From: an uncultured SAR86 cluster bacterium
Lineage (GTDB): Bacteria > Pseudomonadota > Gammaproteobacteria > Magnimaribacterales > D2472
Assembly (NCBI GenBank): GCA_902511575.1
Contig: CABXFU010000002.1
Location: forward strand, 89,444 to 153,443
Reading direction: 5' to 3'
DNA length: 64,000 nucleotides
In this document: piece after piece, positions 54,465 to 63,234 of the stretch
Layout: each line of letters opens with the position of its first letter
Position numbering within the stretch: position 1 is the first letter of the stretch
Notes under the pieces: model-generated
The model's input: the letters and a program-made list of their open reading frames with translations, nothing else
What the model was told of the DNA's origin: nothing
Databases searched by the model: none
Translations under genes and position numbers: made by a program

Positions 54465-55991
54465 TTAGCCAAAAAGTTTTCTTACCAATCTGTTGCCCCA
54501 AAATATTTTTAAAGCCCCTTTTAGTTGCTCAAATGATTTATCTGTATAAGGGTAAGCTGATGCTGACTTTTTACCTATAATAATCGGCATTGGATGAGCA
54601 TATGCTAACAAGCCCTCTTTTCCATTCACTACGCCTAGCCCACTTTCTTTAACTCCACCAAATGGAACTTCATTAACTCCATAGCTCATTGCCATATCAT
54701 TAACAGAACAAGCTCCTGTTTCGATTGATTTAGCCAGTCTTTGACCCTTTTTTAAATCCTTGGTCCAAACATTTCCATTCAATCCATAATGAGATTGATT
54801 GGCTAGCATTAATGCTTCCTCTTCTGATTGAACTTTCATAATTGAGATAATGGGCCCAAAGGTTTCATCTTTCATGATCTTCATCTCGTGAGTAACTTCC
54901 ACAAGAACGGTTGGTTCAAAATATAAGCCTTCAAAATTTGGATTTCTTTTCCCTCCAACCAATACTTTTGCACCTTTAGCAACAGCATCATTAACATGAT
55001 CCTCAATAATATTGACTTGCTTATCCCAAAAGGTAGGACCAACATCACCCTTGCAATCATTTGATTGAATGAGTGACTGAGTTATGGAAACAGCCTCAGC
55101 AACAAACTCATCATAGACATCATCCATAACATAAATTCTTTCGGTACCACAGCAATACTGACCTGCATTCATGCATGAGCCTACAACTGCTCCACTTGCA
55201 GCATCTTTAATATCAGCATCAGAACAAACAATCATGGCATCTTTGCCGCCAAGCTCTAAGCTGAAGGGAATTAGCATTTCACCGCACTTTGCTGCAATCT
55301 TCTTTCCTGTTGCAACACTGCCTGTGAAAGAAACCTTATCTGGAGCTTGATCAATTAATGCGGCTCCCGTTTCACCATCTCCAATGACAGTCTGAACTAG
55401 ATGTTGAGGGGCTTCTGCTAGTGCAAAAATCTCCTGAACCAATGCCCCAGACATAGGAGTAACTTCAGATGGCTTTACCACGACGCTATTTCCACAAAGA
55501 ATAGCTTGAATTACTGGGTTAATGGATAAAATGAATGGACCATTCCAAGGAGTAATGACTGCTACCACACCTCTTGGCTTATATATAATTATTGTTTTTT
55601 TAAGGAACTGCATAGGACCATGCATCTTAATTTTTTTGTCTGCAAGCCACTTTTGAGCTCTTTTAGCATAAAAGACCAAAGAATCTACAGCTGAAAATAC
55701 TTCCATGGCCATAGCTTCTTGCTCTGGTTTGCCGGTCTCTCTCATGACAACATCCATAATTTTATCTTGCTGCTGAATTACTACGTCAGCAACCCTATGC
55801 ATTAATTCAACTCTTTCTTTTAAAGTTGTTTTCTTCCACTCACTTTGCGCAACTTTAGCTTGAGTCATTATCGTTGCAATCTCATCCTCTGATGTGCATT
55901 CATACGTATCGATATGAGAAAGATCAACCGGGCTTTTTAAAGTTAATAGTTTTTTGCCGCTTTCAGAATGAGAGATAGAAAAAATAGCCAT
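54465..55991 (-). CDS. NAD(P)+-dependent aldehyde dehydrogenase
   Basis: 508 aa. TPWNGPF, FTGSVATGKKIA, ELGGKDA, and catalytic Cys in GQYCCGTERIYV. Confidence 0.85.
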   Translation of the reverse strand: MAIFSISHSESGKKLLTLKSPVDLSHIDTYECTSEDEIATIMTQAKVAQSEWKKTTLKERVELMHRVADVVIQQQDKIMDVVMRETGKPEQEAMAMEVFSAVDSLVFYAKRAQKWLADKKIKMHGPMQFLKKTIIIYKPRGVVAVITPWNGPFILSINPVIQAILCGNSVVVKPSEVTPMSGALVQEIFALAEAPQHLVQTVIGDGETGAALIDQAPDKVSFTGSVATGKKIAAKCGEMLIPFSLELGGKDAMIVCSDADIKDAASGAVVGSCMNAGQYCCGTERIYVMDDVYDEFVAEAVSITQSLIQSNDCKGDVGPTFWDKQVNIIEDHVNDAVAKGAKVLVGGKRNPNFEGLYFEPTVLVEVTHEMKIMKDETFGPIISIMKVQSEEEALMLANQSHYGLNGNVWTKDLKKGQRLAKSIETGACSVNDMAMSYGVNEVPFGGVKESGLGVVNGKEGLLAYAHPMPIIIGKKSASAYPYTDKSFEQLKGALKIFWGNRLVRKLFG

Positions 55992-55993
55992 TT

Positions 55994-57064
55994 TTATAAC
56001 TCCTTGAGTTTAGCTTCAAGCATGGGCGTTACATGATTATTGATATGCGCATTCATTCCCATAGGCATAATCTCGTAATGCTCTAGTTTTCTCACAACCT
56101 TAACCATAATAACGGTAAATTTATATAGAGCTAAAATATAATAATAATCAAAATCGTCTGCACTAAATCCAGTTAAAGCTTCCCATTTAGCAATGGTTGC
56201 AACAGGACCTGGAAAACCGCTTAATCTCTCAACATGCACCCCTTTTGAATTACAGTCATCAATAGCTATTCCCCAAGCAAGATCCATACAGGGATCTCCA
56301 AGTGCTGCCATCTCCCAATCTAAAACAGCTGAAACTTGCCCATCTGGATCATACATAACATTTGCACACCTACAATCTCCCCAAAGAATAGAAGATTGAG
56401 TAGGTTGAGGTTTATTAGCTTTGAGCCATTCACGCGCTTGATCCGCAACTGGATGAGCCTCACCATCCATGGCCCAGTCATGAAAATTAAAGTAATAATT
56501 TAGCTCTTGATCAAGATAATCTTCTGCAAGGCTTGGTCTGTTGAGGAATTCAAAATCTCCATTCGAGATATCTACTTGATGAATTTTAGCCATTTGCTCA
56601 ACCCAGCCCCACCAAATTTTCTCTCTAACGTCTTCAGAGGAGTCAGCAACCCATCCCTCTTGATGAAATGGAGGATTATCAGAAGGAGCATCACCGCTAG
56701 CCATTTCCATAACATAAAAGGAGGTACCAAAAACCTCATCACTAGATTCATACCAAAGAACATTAGGCACCTTAATATCATGTTCAGATAATTTTTGCAT
56801 AATCAAAAATTGTTTATGAATGTCATAGTCAGGAAATACAAAAAACCCTTCAGGATAAAAACGAAGAACCATTCCAGTCTTAATCTTTGCACCTTTTAAT
56901 TCATATGAGACATTGAAACTTAGCGTTTCGTTAGAAAAACCTGTATTTTCAGGCCCTCCTAATAACTTAACATTTAGGTCAGTAGCTCCATCTAATTGTG
57001 TTTTGAGCCAAGAACTAAAAATAATTTTAGTTTGGTCTAAATCTCTCTCTTGTGGCTTTGGCAT
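55994..57064 (-). CDS. phosphotransferase-family (APH/ChoK-like) kinase
   Basis: 356 aa. Brenner-like ILWGDCRCANVMYD and a downstream DWEMAALGDP motif, typical of the APH-family proteins often found in lipid and xenobiotic clusters. Confidence 0.7.
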   Translation of the reverse strand: MPKPQERDLDQTKIIFSSWLKTQLDGATDLNVKLLGGPENTGFSNETLSFNVSYELKGAKIKTGMVLRFYPEGFFVFPDYDIHKQFLIMQKLSEHDIKVPNVLWYESSDEVFGTSFYVMEMASGDAPSDNPPFHQEGWVADSSEDVREKIWWGWVEQMAKIHQVDISNGDFEFLNRPSLAEDYLDQELNYYFNFHDWAMDGEAHPVADQAREWLKANKPQPTQSSILWGDCRCANVMYDPDGQVSAVLDWEMAALGDPCMDLAWGIAIDDCNSKGVHVERLSGFPGPVATIAKWEALTGFSADDFDYYYILALYKFTVIMVKVVRKLEHYEIMPMGMNAHINNHVTPMLEAKLKEL

Positions 57065-57131
57065 TGCATTGCTCTATTCATTGATTAAAGATCAACCTTA
57101 ATATAAATTTAATCAATTAAAAAGAAAAACT

Positions 57132-58214
57132 ATGGCTGATTTGTTCAAAGAAAAATGGGATGTATTTTGCGAAAACCTCAAAGATGTTGGATCGATAATT
57201 GAATCAGAATCTTCCCTCAGCGAAACTGACCAAGCTGAAGGTTACAGGTACTTGCTACGTTTAATGCGGTTGTCATTAGAGATGAATTTAGAGCATTCAA
57301 ACCCATCCACGCCATCTTTCTATAACCTTTCTCATGAAACTGCAAAAATAGGTGCGGATAATCCAGACAATATTTATTTAAATGCAAATATAGTCGGAGG
57401 ACAGTCTTATGAAGTCTATGGAAATGTTGGTGAATCAGACTACTTAAGTTTTGGTCTTAAAGAAAATAGGTACAGCAAAGATGGCACCATGATATCTTTA
57501 GGAGAAATTGATTTGAGAGATATGATGGTTGATAGTGCAGGGAATTTTATTTTATATCTTGGCGGGGACACTAATTCTAAAAATTTTTTGCCGCTTCCTG
57601 AAAATGCAAATATGTTGATAGTTCGCCAGACCTACAAAAATAGAATTTCTCAAACGCATGCAAAAATTAATATTAAAACTGTTAGCTCAACAGCTGCTCC
57701 TGAACTTTTAACACCCTCAATACTTGAGACTCAACTCAACCAGTCACTTGCATTCGTTAAAGGAACTGCATCAACCTTTATAAAGTGGGTGCATGAATTT
57801 AAGACCAATCACAAGAATCAATTACCCTTAGGTGATCAAGCTTTTTTTCAAGCAGCCGGCGGTGATCCCAAAATTTGTTACCTTCATGGATATTATGACT
57901 TTAGTAAAGATGAATATATGAAAATCACTACAGATATACCTGAATGCGAGTATTGGAATTTTCAGTTGGAAAATTATTGGATGGAATCTCTTGATTATCG
58001 GCATTTCCCTATACATATCAATGAATCATCCGCCATTGTAAATGAAGATAAAACTTTAACTATCAATGTCAGCCATCATTGCATTAATAAAAAAAATAAT
58101 CTTATAACTGAAGGTCGCAATAATGGAGCTATGCTCCTTCGATGGATAGGCGCAAGCGCTCATCCAATCCCAAAAGTAGAAATAAAAAAACTTAATTCTA
58201 AGGGGGCTAGCTAA
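57132..58214 (+). CDS. DUF1214-like protein, function unknown
   Basis: 360 aa. The AEGYRYLLRLMRLSLE and NPDNIYLNA patterns recall DUF1214/DUF1254 proteins; this family assignment is from memory. Its stop overlaps the next gene's ATG (TAATG). Confidence 0.5.
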   Translation: MADLFKEKWDVFCENLKDVGSIIESESSLSETDQAEGYRYLLRLMRLSLEMNLEHSNPSTPSFYNLSHETAKIGADNPDNIYLNANIVGGQSYEVYGNVGESDYLSFGLKENRYSKDGTMISLGEIDLRDMMVDSAGNFILYLGGDTNSKNFLPLPENANMLIVRQTYKNRISQTHAKINIKTVSSTAAPELLTPSILETQLNQSLAFVKGTASTFIKWVHEFKTNHKNQLPLGDQAFFQAAGGDPKICYLHGYYDFSKDEYMKITTDIPECEYWNFQLENYWMESLDYRHFPIHINESSAIVNEDKTLTINVSHHCINKKNNLITEGRNNGAMLLRWIGASAHPIPKVEIKKLNSKGAS

Positions 58215-59353
58215 TGCTTGATTCTACAAAGATTATAAATGAGGCTAAAAATCAAACTAATTTAGATAATTTTGGTAATCCATTATTTTTGGAAGGGTTT
58301 GAAAGTCTTGTTCAATCTATCAATCATGAAGCTGATTTAAATAATATTGGCTTAGATGCACAAAAATATAGATTAACTGGTGTATTAGCCAATTTACTAA
58401 TGATTGAAGAGGCATGCATTAAGCACCCAGAAATACTGAACGAAGAAATCAATTCTCCTGTTGTAATTGTTGGGCTTCCAAGAACAGGAAGCACTATGAC
58501 CCACAGGCTTCTTGCATCTGATCCAAACCATACCGCTATGCTTTGGTGGGAGGGAAGATATCCAGCAATGTTAAAAAATGAATTGCGTGGTAATCCAGAA
58601 GAACGAATGGAAATGGGAAAAGCTGAAGTTGAAGCAGTGATGCAAGCCTCGCCAGAAGCCCTCACCATCCATCCTTGGGATTACAAAGGTGCAGATGAAG
58701 AAATTTTGCTTTTAGAACATACATTTTTTAGTACTGTACCAGAATCATTTATGCGCCTGCCCTCTTATTCTAAGTGGGTTGAATCGCAAGATCATATTCA
58801 TGCATATGCCCAACTTAAAAAAATGCTTCAATATCTTCAATGGCAAAATCCTGGAAGAGAAAAAAAGAGATGGGTTTTAAAGTCACCACATCATTTAGGT
58901 TTCATTGATAAGTTATTAAATATTTTTCCTGATTCTAAAGTTATACAGACTCATAGGGACCCATTAAAAACTGTGCCGTCGTTTTGTTCGATGTGTGCAA
59001 ATTTATTTGAGCCCCTAACAAATTCATATGATAAAAATGAAATTGGTCATCATTGGGCCCATAAATTAGCTAAGGTATTGAATCATTGTATGAAGATTAG
59101 TAATGCAAATAATGGCAATTTCCTTAATCTTGAATTCAATAAAATGATTCAAGATCCAATTCTTGAAATGAATGAAGTTTATAACTTTATTGATGAAGAT
59201 TTTACTGATCAAGCAGAAAATGCAATGAAGGCATGGAAAGAAGAAAATCAACATGAAATGGGGGCTCATCAATACTCACTTGAAGAATTTGGACTAGAAA
59301 GTTCATTTATTGATAATCACTTTCAAGAATACATTAAGCAATATATAAAATAG
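58214..59353 (+). CDS. sulfotransferase-family protein
   Basis: 379 aa. PAPS 5'-phosphosulfate-binding loop GLPRTGSTMTHRLL, plus RWVLKSPHH and THRDPLKTVPS. Confidence 0.75.
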   Translation: MLDSTKIINEAKNQTNLDNFGNPLFLEGFESLVQSINHEADLNNIGLDAQKYRLTGVLANLLMIEEACIKHPEILNEEINSPVVIVGLPRTGSTMTHRLLASDPNHTAMLWWEGRYPAMLKNELRGNPEERMEMGKAEVEAVMQASPEALTIHPWDYKGADEEILLLEHTFFSTVPESFMRLPSYSKWVESQDHIHAYAQLKKMLQYLQWQNPGREKKRWVLKSPHHLGFIDKLLNIFPDSKVIQTHRDPLKTVPSFCSMCANLFEPLTNSYDKNEIGHHWAHKLAKVLNHCMKISNANNGNFLNLEFNKMIQDPILEMNEVYNFIDEDFTDQAENAMKAWKEENQHEMGAHQYSLEEFGLESSFIDNHFQEYIKQYIK

Positions 59354-59361
59354 GAACTGAG

Positions 59362-60138
59362 ATGTTATTAAAAGATAAAGTAGTAATTGTATCTGGTATT
59401 GGACCAGGGCTGGGTCAAGAGCTTGCGTACGGAGCTGCTAGAGAGGGTGCAAAAATTGCTATAGCGGCTAGATCTTCAGATCTATTAAATAAACTCAAAG
59501 AAGAGATTGGAGAAAAATCTGAAGTGATCGCAATCCCTTGTGATATTACTAAACCAGAAGAATGTAAAAATTTAGTTGATGAAACAGTTAAAAAATTTGG
59601 AAAGCTTGATGGCTTAATCAATAGCGCTTATCGTGCAGGAGATTTCAAGGAAATTGAAGAATCTGATTTTTCTGATTGGCAGGAAACCATGAATACAAAC
59701 TTTTTTGGAACCATGAACCTCACAATGGCTGCAGTTAAAGAAATGACTCCAAATAAACAAGGTTCAATCGTCATGATAAATAGCCTGATAACAAAAAAAC
59801 CTTTGCCAACTCAAGGTGGGTATGCCGCATCAAAAGGTGCCCTAGCCACTGCAACTAAAATTCTTGCAAAAGAGCTAGGCCCCAAAGGAATCAGAGTCAA
59901 TGCAGTCTATATGGGTTGGATGTGGGGTCCACCAGTTGAAATGTATGTAAATTTTACAGCTGATTCTATGGGTGTTGAGCCAAAAGATATAATAGATGGA
60001 GTGACCAAGGATATTCCGTTGGGCATCATTCCAGACGATAGTGATTGTGCCAATGCTGCATTATTTCTAATCTCAGATCTTGCAAAAGTTATTACTGGGG
60101 CTAATTTAGATGTAAATGGTGGAGAATTTATGTCCTAG
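59362..60138 (+). CDS. short-chain dehydrogenase/reductase (SDR)
   Basis: 258 aa. VSGIGPGLGQELA and YAASKGA. Confidence 0.8.
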   Translation: MLLKDKVVIVSGIGPGLGQELAYGAAREGAKIAIAARSSDLLNKLKEEIGEKSEVIAIPCDITKPEECKNLVDETVKKFGKLDGLINSAYRAGDFKEIEESDFSDWQETMNTNFFGTMNLTMAAVKEMTPNKQGSIVMINSLITKKPLPTQGGYAASKGALATATKILAKELGPKGIRVNAVYMGWMWGPPVEMYVNFTADSMGVEPKDIIDGVTKDIPLGIIPDDSDCANAALFLISDLAKVITGANLDVNGGEFMS

Positions 60139-60238
60139 ACGTGTATCGAATGATATTTATTCGTCAAGTTAAATAAAAGTATTCTTCGTTTTTTTTAAAA
60201 ATAAGAATTTCCATGTAAATATTGTTTAAAATCAGCTT

Positions 60239-61105
60239 ATGGCAATTAATGAAGACATCCATACTATCGATCTTATGCTTGGCATCCCCGAGCAAGAAGA
60301 TAGATCTGATTGGTATAAATTCATGGAACCTTTGCTTCGTGATGAAGAATCAAAGTCCATGTTTAAGATGCCTGCTCAATATATGTTTAAAGATATTCCT
60401 GAAACTGGATCACACGATGACTTTATTCAGTTCACCATTGAACAAATGGATAAATTTCATATTAATCAAGCAATGATAGGATTTCATGAAAAATCTGAAG
60501 TTAAGATTGAGGCAGCAAAAAATCATGCAGATAGATTCTTTTTTGATCTACCAGTCAATCCTAATATTGAAAATGAAGCTGAAAACATAAAAAGGCATCA
60601 TGAGACTTATGGCATAAAGGCGGTAAGTGCTTTCCCATCCGGCATGTATCCACAAATAGCTATCAATGATCCTAAGTGGCATCCAATCTATGAAATGTGT
60701 GTAGAGTTAGATCTTCCCTTTTTTTGTTGCGTTGGAGTGCCTGGTCCTAGGATACCAATGGCACCTCAGAAAGTTGAGCTGGTTGATGAAGTTTGCTGGT
60801 ATTTTCCAGAATTAAAATTTGTTATGCGACATGGCGCAGAACCATGGACAGCTTTAGCCTGCAAATTAATGTTGAAATATCCAAACTTATACTATTCAAC
60901 AAGCGCTTTTTCTCCGAAACATTACCCTGAGGATATAATTAATTTTGCTAATACTCGTGGGATTAATAAAATTATGTATGCTGGCTATTTCCCGATGGGC
61001 TTATCATTAGATAAAATATTTAGTGAAATGGATAATGTACCATTTAGAGATGAAGTGTGGCCTAAATTTTTAGGTGAAAATGCACAAAGACTTCTTAAAT
61101 TATAA
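60239..61105 (+). CDS. amidohydrolase_2 (ACMSD/LigJ-like TIM-barrel metal hydrolase or decarboxylase) family protein
   Basis: 288 aa. IDLMLGIP, FVMRHGAEPW, and MYAGYFP fit the amidohydrolase-2 pattern. The assignment is moderate. Confidence 0.6.
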   Translation: MAINEDIHTIDLMLGIPEQEDRSDWYKFMEPLLRDEESKSMFKMPAQYMFKDIPETGSHDDFIQFTIEQMDKFHINQAMIGFHEKSEVKIEAAKNHADRFFFDLPVNPNIENEAENIKRHHETYGIKAVSAFPSGMYPQIAINDPKWHPIYEMCVELDLPFFCCVGVPGPRIPMAPQKVELVDEVCWYFPELKFVMRHGAEPWTALACKLMLKYPNLYYSTSAFSPKHYPEDIINFANTRGINKIMYAGYFPMGLSLDKIFSEMDNVPFRDEVWPKFLGENAQRLLKL

Positions 61106-61116
61106 ACGGTGAAGGA

Positions 61117-62112
61117 ATGAGTAATAAAAAAAGATATCCCATGCCAATTCCATTTGGTTGGTATGTCGTTGACTATGCAGAAGACTTGAATTCTGGCGAT
61201 GTAAAATCTGTTCGTTACTTTGGTCAAGACCAAGTTTTATTCAGAACAACCAATGGCGAAGTCAGCATGCTTGATGCCTATTGCCCTCATCTTGGTGCCC
61301 ATCTTGGTCACGGAGGCATAATCAATGGTGAATGCATTGAATGCCCTTTCCACGCATGGAGATGGAAAGCTGATGGCAGAATAGGAGAAATACCATATGC
61401 AAAAAATATTCCTCAAAAAGCAAAAGACACTCAGATTTTTAAATATCCGACTGTTGAAAGAAATAATTTAATTTATGCTTGGTACCATCCTCATGGTGAT
61501 CAACCACATTATGAAGTAGAAACCTACCCAGAAGTTAACGATCCAGAATGGGGAGATGAATTTGAAAAATATGAATATGAAATCAAATGTCATATTCAAG
61601 ACATGGCGGAAAACGCAGTTGATGCTGCTCATTTTATGTATGTTCATGGTGTTGTATCGTATCCAGAGTTTGAAGTCAGTTATGACAAACAAAAGAGGTT
61701 TTTTTCACAACAAGCAAACATGGAAACTCCAAGAGGAGTTGTTCAGGGAAAAATTTCAGGAGCTTCAAATGGTCCCGGTGATAATTTTACAAAGTTTGAA
61801 GGTATTTGCGACACACTTCTGTTAGGTTCTACAACTCCAACAGAGAATGAAGAAGTGATTACAAGATTTTCTTTTCTTCAGAAAAAAGTTGATGGAAAAG
61901 TTCCTTCAGGCGGTGTTGGCGCAGCGATAATTGCTGATATTAACAAACAAGTTAAAGAGGATATTCCTGTTTGGGAAAATAAAAAATATGCTTCTAAACC
62001 TGTATTGTGCGACTCTGATGGGCCGATTGCTAAATTCAGAAAACATTTTGCAACTTTTTACACTGAATATAATGAAGCAGAAGCAATTGAAGCTTTAAAT
62101 ATTGATCAATGA
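61117..62112 (+). CDS. Rieske [2Fe-2S] non-heme-iron oxygenase, KshA-like alpha subunit
   Basis: 331 aa. Rieske motif CPHLGAHLGHGG...CPFHAWRW, and mononuclear iron ligands in ENAVDAAHFMYVHG. Confidence 0.8.
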   Translation: MSNKKRYPMPIPFGWYVVDYAEDLNSGDVKSVRYFGQDQVLFRTTNGEVSMLDAYCPHLGAHLGHGGIINGECIECPFHAWRWKADGRIGEIPYAKNIPQKAKDTQIFKYPTVERNNLIYAWYHPHGDQPHYEVETYPEVNDPEWGDEFEKYEYEIKCHIQDMAENAVDAAHFMYVHGVVSYPEFEVSYDKQKRFFSQQANMETPRGVVQGKISGASNGPGDNFTKFEGICDTLLLGSTTPTENEEVITRFSFLQKKVDGKVPSGGVGAAIIADINKQVKEDIPVWENKKYASKPVLCDSDGPIAKFRKHFATFYTEYNEAEAIEALNIDQ

Positions 62113-62552
62113 TCAACCTTTACAATAACGAAAATCTAAAATGGAAACGCTTTCAAGAAGGCGATGATTTTGACTATCAGATAGATTATTCGGCAGCTTT
62201 ATTAAATGCAAATGATGATGGTCATGTAGATATTCTTTATAAGTGGGAGCCAGATTGTTACTGCCATTTTCATAGACATACAGCTGAAGTTTCATCTACT
62301 GTTCTTGAGGGAGAGTTACATGTCATTGATATTGATTTAGCTTCAGGAGAAGAGATTGGAACCAAAATCAGAACCGCCGGTGATTATGCGCACAAGGAAC
62401 CCGGAGATGTACACATGGAAAAAGCTGGGCCTAATGGAGCTTTGGTTTTGTTTAATCTATATGCTCCTCAAGGCGTTTTAGCTGAATCTTTAGATATGGA
62501 TGGCACTGTTATTAGACAAGCAACAATAGATCAGCTATTGAAAAAAGCATAA
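62109..62552 (+). CDS. cupin-domain protein (ChrR-like cupin without an anti-sigma domain)
   Basis: 147 aa. HFHRHTAEVSSTVLEGEL is a cupin metal motif. There is a 4-bp overlap with the Rieske gene. Confidence 0.6.
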   Translation: MINLYNNENLKWKRFQEGDDFDYQIDYSAALLNANDDGHVDILYKWEPDCYCHFHRHTAEVSSTVLEGELHVIDIDLASGEEIGTKIRTAGDYAHKEPGDVHMEKAGPNGALVLFNLYAPQGVLAESLDMDGTVIRQATIDQLLKKA

Positions 62553-62555
62553 AAG

Positions 62556-63047
62556 TTATTTATTTAAGATAAATAAGAGATTTTTTTTTAAACTTACAGA
62601 TACAAATCCAATCCCTTCAAGCATTATCTTTGGGGTTTCTTCTATTCTTCCAATCTCTATTTCATCTTTATAAAAAATGATTGTGGGAGTCCTTTTAACG
62701 CCTAACATTTCGCCCCTATTAAGGGGTTCTTTTTTATCATAATCAAGGCCAATTAAAGAAATCTTTTCAGGCTTGAGATTAATATCTTCCAGTATTCTTA
62801 AAAGCTTTGGTATTTCTCTTTGGCTGTCATGACACCAAGTACCAAATAAAACTCTCACGCTAATACCTTCTAAATCAATAATTTCATTGAATTCATATGG
62901 CTCAGTAGAAAGGTAGTTTTTATAGAAATTATTATCCTTTAAAAATAATTCGTCTTTTGTAAGATTACCAATTAATGGTGAGCTGTTGGTAGAAAAAATT
63001 GGAAGACTTATAAAAAAGACTATAAATAAGTAGATGAATCTTTTCAA
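62556..63047 (-). CDS. secreted thioredoxin-fold protein with WCHDS (CxxS) motif
   Basis: 163 aa. Signal peptide, FGTWCHDSQREIP at the thioredoxin active-site position, and cis-Pro region RTPTIIFY. Confidence 0.6.
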   Translation of the reverse strand: MKRFIYLFIVFFISLPIFSTNSSPLIGNLTKDELFLKDNNFYKNYLSTEPYEFNEIIDLEGISVRVLFGTWCHDSQREIPKLLRILEDINLKPEKISLIGLDYDKKEPLNRGEMLGVKRTPTIIFYKDEIEIGRIEETPKIMLEGIGFVSVSLKKNLLFILNK

Positions 63048-63061
63048 AATAAAATTCTTTA

Positions 63062-63232
63062 TTAAGATTCTATGAGCTCAAAATCAAACTTACTTACACC
63101 ACAATCTGGGCAAACCCAATCATCTGGAATATCTTCCCACAAAGTACCAGGCGCCAATCCGTCATCAGGATCGCCCAATTCCTCATCGTAGATATATCCA
63201 CATATTACACATTCATATTTTTTGTAATCCAT
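63062..63232 (-). CDS. rubredoxin
   Basis: Absent from the ORF track because it is under 60 aa. My translation: [56 protein letters not shown] (56 aa), with the canonical CxxCG...WxCPxCG motifs. Confidence 0.9.
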   Translation of the reverse strand: MDYKKYECVICGYIYDEELGDPDDGLAPGTLWEDIPDDWVCPDCGVSKFDFELIES

Positions 63233-63234
63233 AA

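Noticed and set aside
60139-60238. Possible terminator or regulatory hairpins after the SDR gene (CGAATgatatttATTCG, and ATTCTT...AAGAAT flanking a T-run), plus the 84-aa ORF 60222..60476.
   Set aside because: The stems are only 5-6 bp and AT-rich, with a large loop or no proper U-tract, so they are not convincing as an intrinsic terminator. The 84-aa ORF overlaps the amidohydrolase gene out of frame and looks spurious.
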